From Candidatus Nomurabacteria bacterium (GTDB lineage Bacteria; Patescibacteriota; Minisyncoccia; Phycocordibacterales; UBA9973), in NCBI GenBank assembly GCA_016186435.1, contig JACPLQ010000008.1:1-48823 (forward strand): a stretch of 48,823 bases of DNA, in the 5' to 3' direction. Below are positions 48,730 through 48,823 of the stretch, piece after piece. The number at the start of each line of letters is the position of its first letter. Position 1 is the stretch's first letter. Both the position numbers and the translations under genes were made by a program. The notes under the pieces are model-generated. The model saw nothing but the letters and a program-made list of their open reading frames with translations. It had not been told where the DNA came from and did no database searches.

Positions 48730-48759
48730 TCCGCCAGAGGCGGATCAGCCTATGGCTGA
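48730..48759. repeat. 30-bp twin-hairpin element, intergenic copy
   Basis: TCCGCC-AGA-GGCGGA + TCAGCC-TAT-GGCTGA. Confidence 0.9.
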
Positions 48760-48774
48760 AACAAATTTAATTTT

Positions 48775-48823
48775 ATGAACAACAAAACAGCATTGGGGGT
48801 TATCTTGGGAATAGTGATCATAA
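48775..48823 (+). CDS. Start of a membrane/secreted protein, 3'-partial
   Basis: MNNKTALGVILGIVII runs off the window end. Confidence 0.55.
   Translation, partial: MNNKTALGVILGIVII

Overview
Bacterial chromosomal window (standard code). Gene content and style suggest Patescibacteria/CPR, Parcubacteria-like; this is inferred from the shortened RF1, PaaX-like wHTH protein, mostly SD-less starts and minimal dcw cluster. Core genes: priA (5'-partial), rsmI, the full F1Fo atp operon, prfA-rpmE, rplY, fba, gatB, obg, rmuC, msrA/B, mraZ-rsmH-ftsL-ftsI-murF, lysS, greA, rpsU, ybeY, ftsA, a Pif1-like helicase, tRNA-Ile(GAT) and tRNA-Glu(CTC). Accessory DNA: an AT-rich islet 3' of tRNA-Ile (Panacea TA pair, HEPN-like ORF, XRE remnant), two type II R-M systems with fused methyltransferases (HEAT-MTase + CfrBI-like; LexA-MTase + MvaI/BcnI-like), and a REP-associated tyrosine transposase (RAYT) broken by an IS30-family element. 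The most striking signal is a dense population of short palindromic elements in several families. They occur between genes and also in-frame inside about a dozen housekeeping proteins. A 73-bp element sits immediately before the ATG of atpH, rpsU and ftsA, and many genes appear leaderless. All calls come from reading the sequence; no searches were run.
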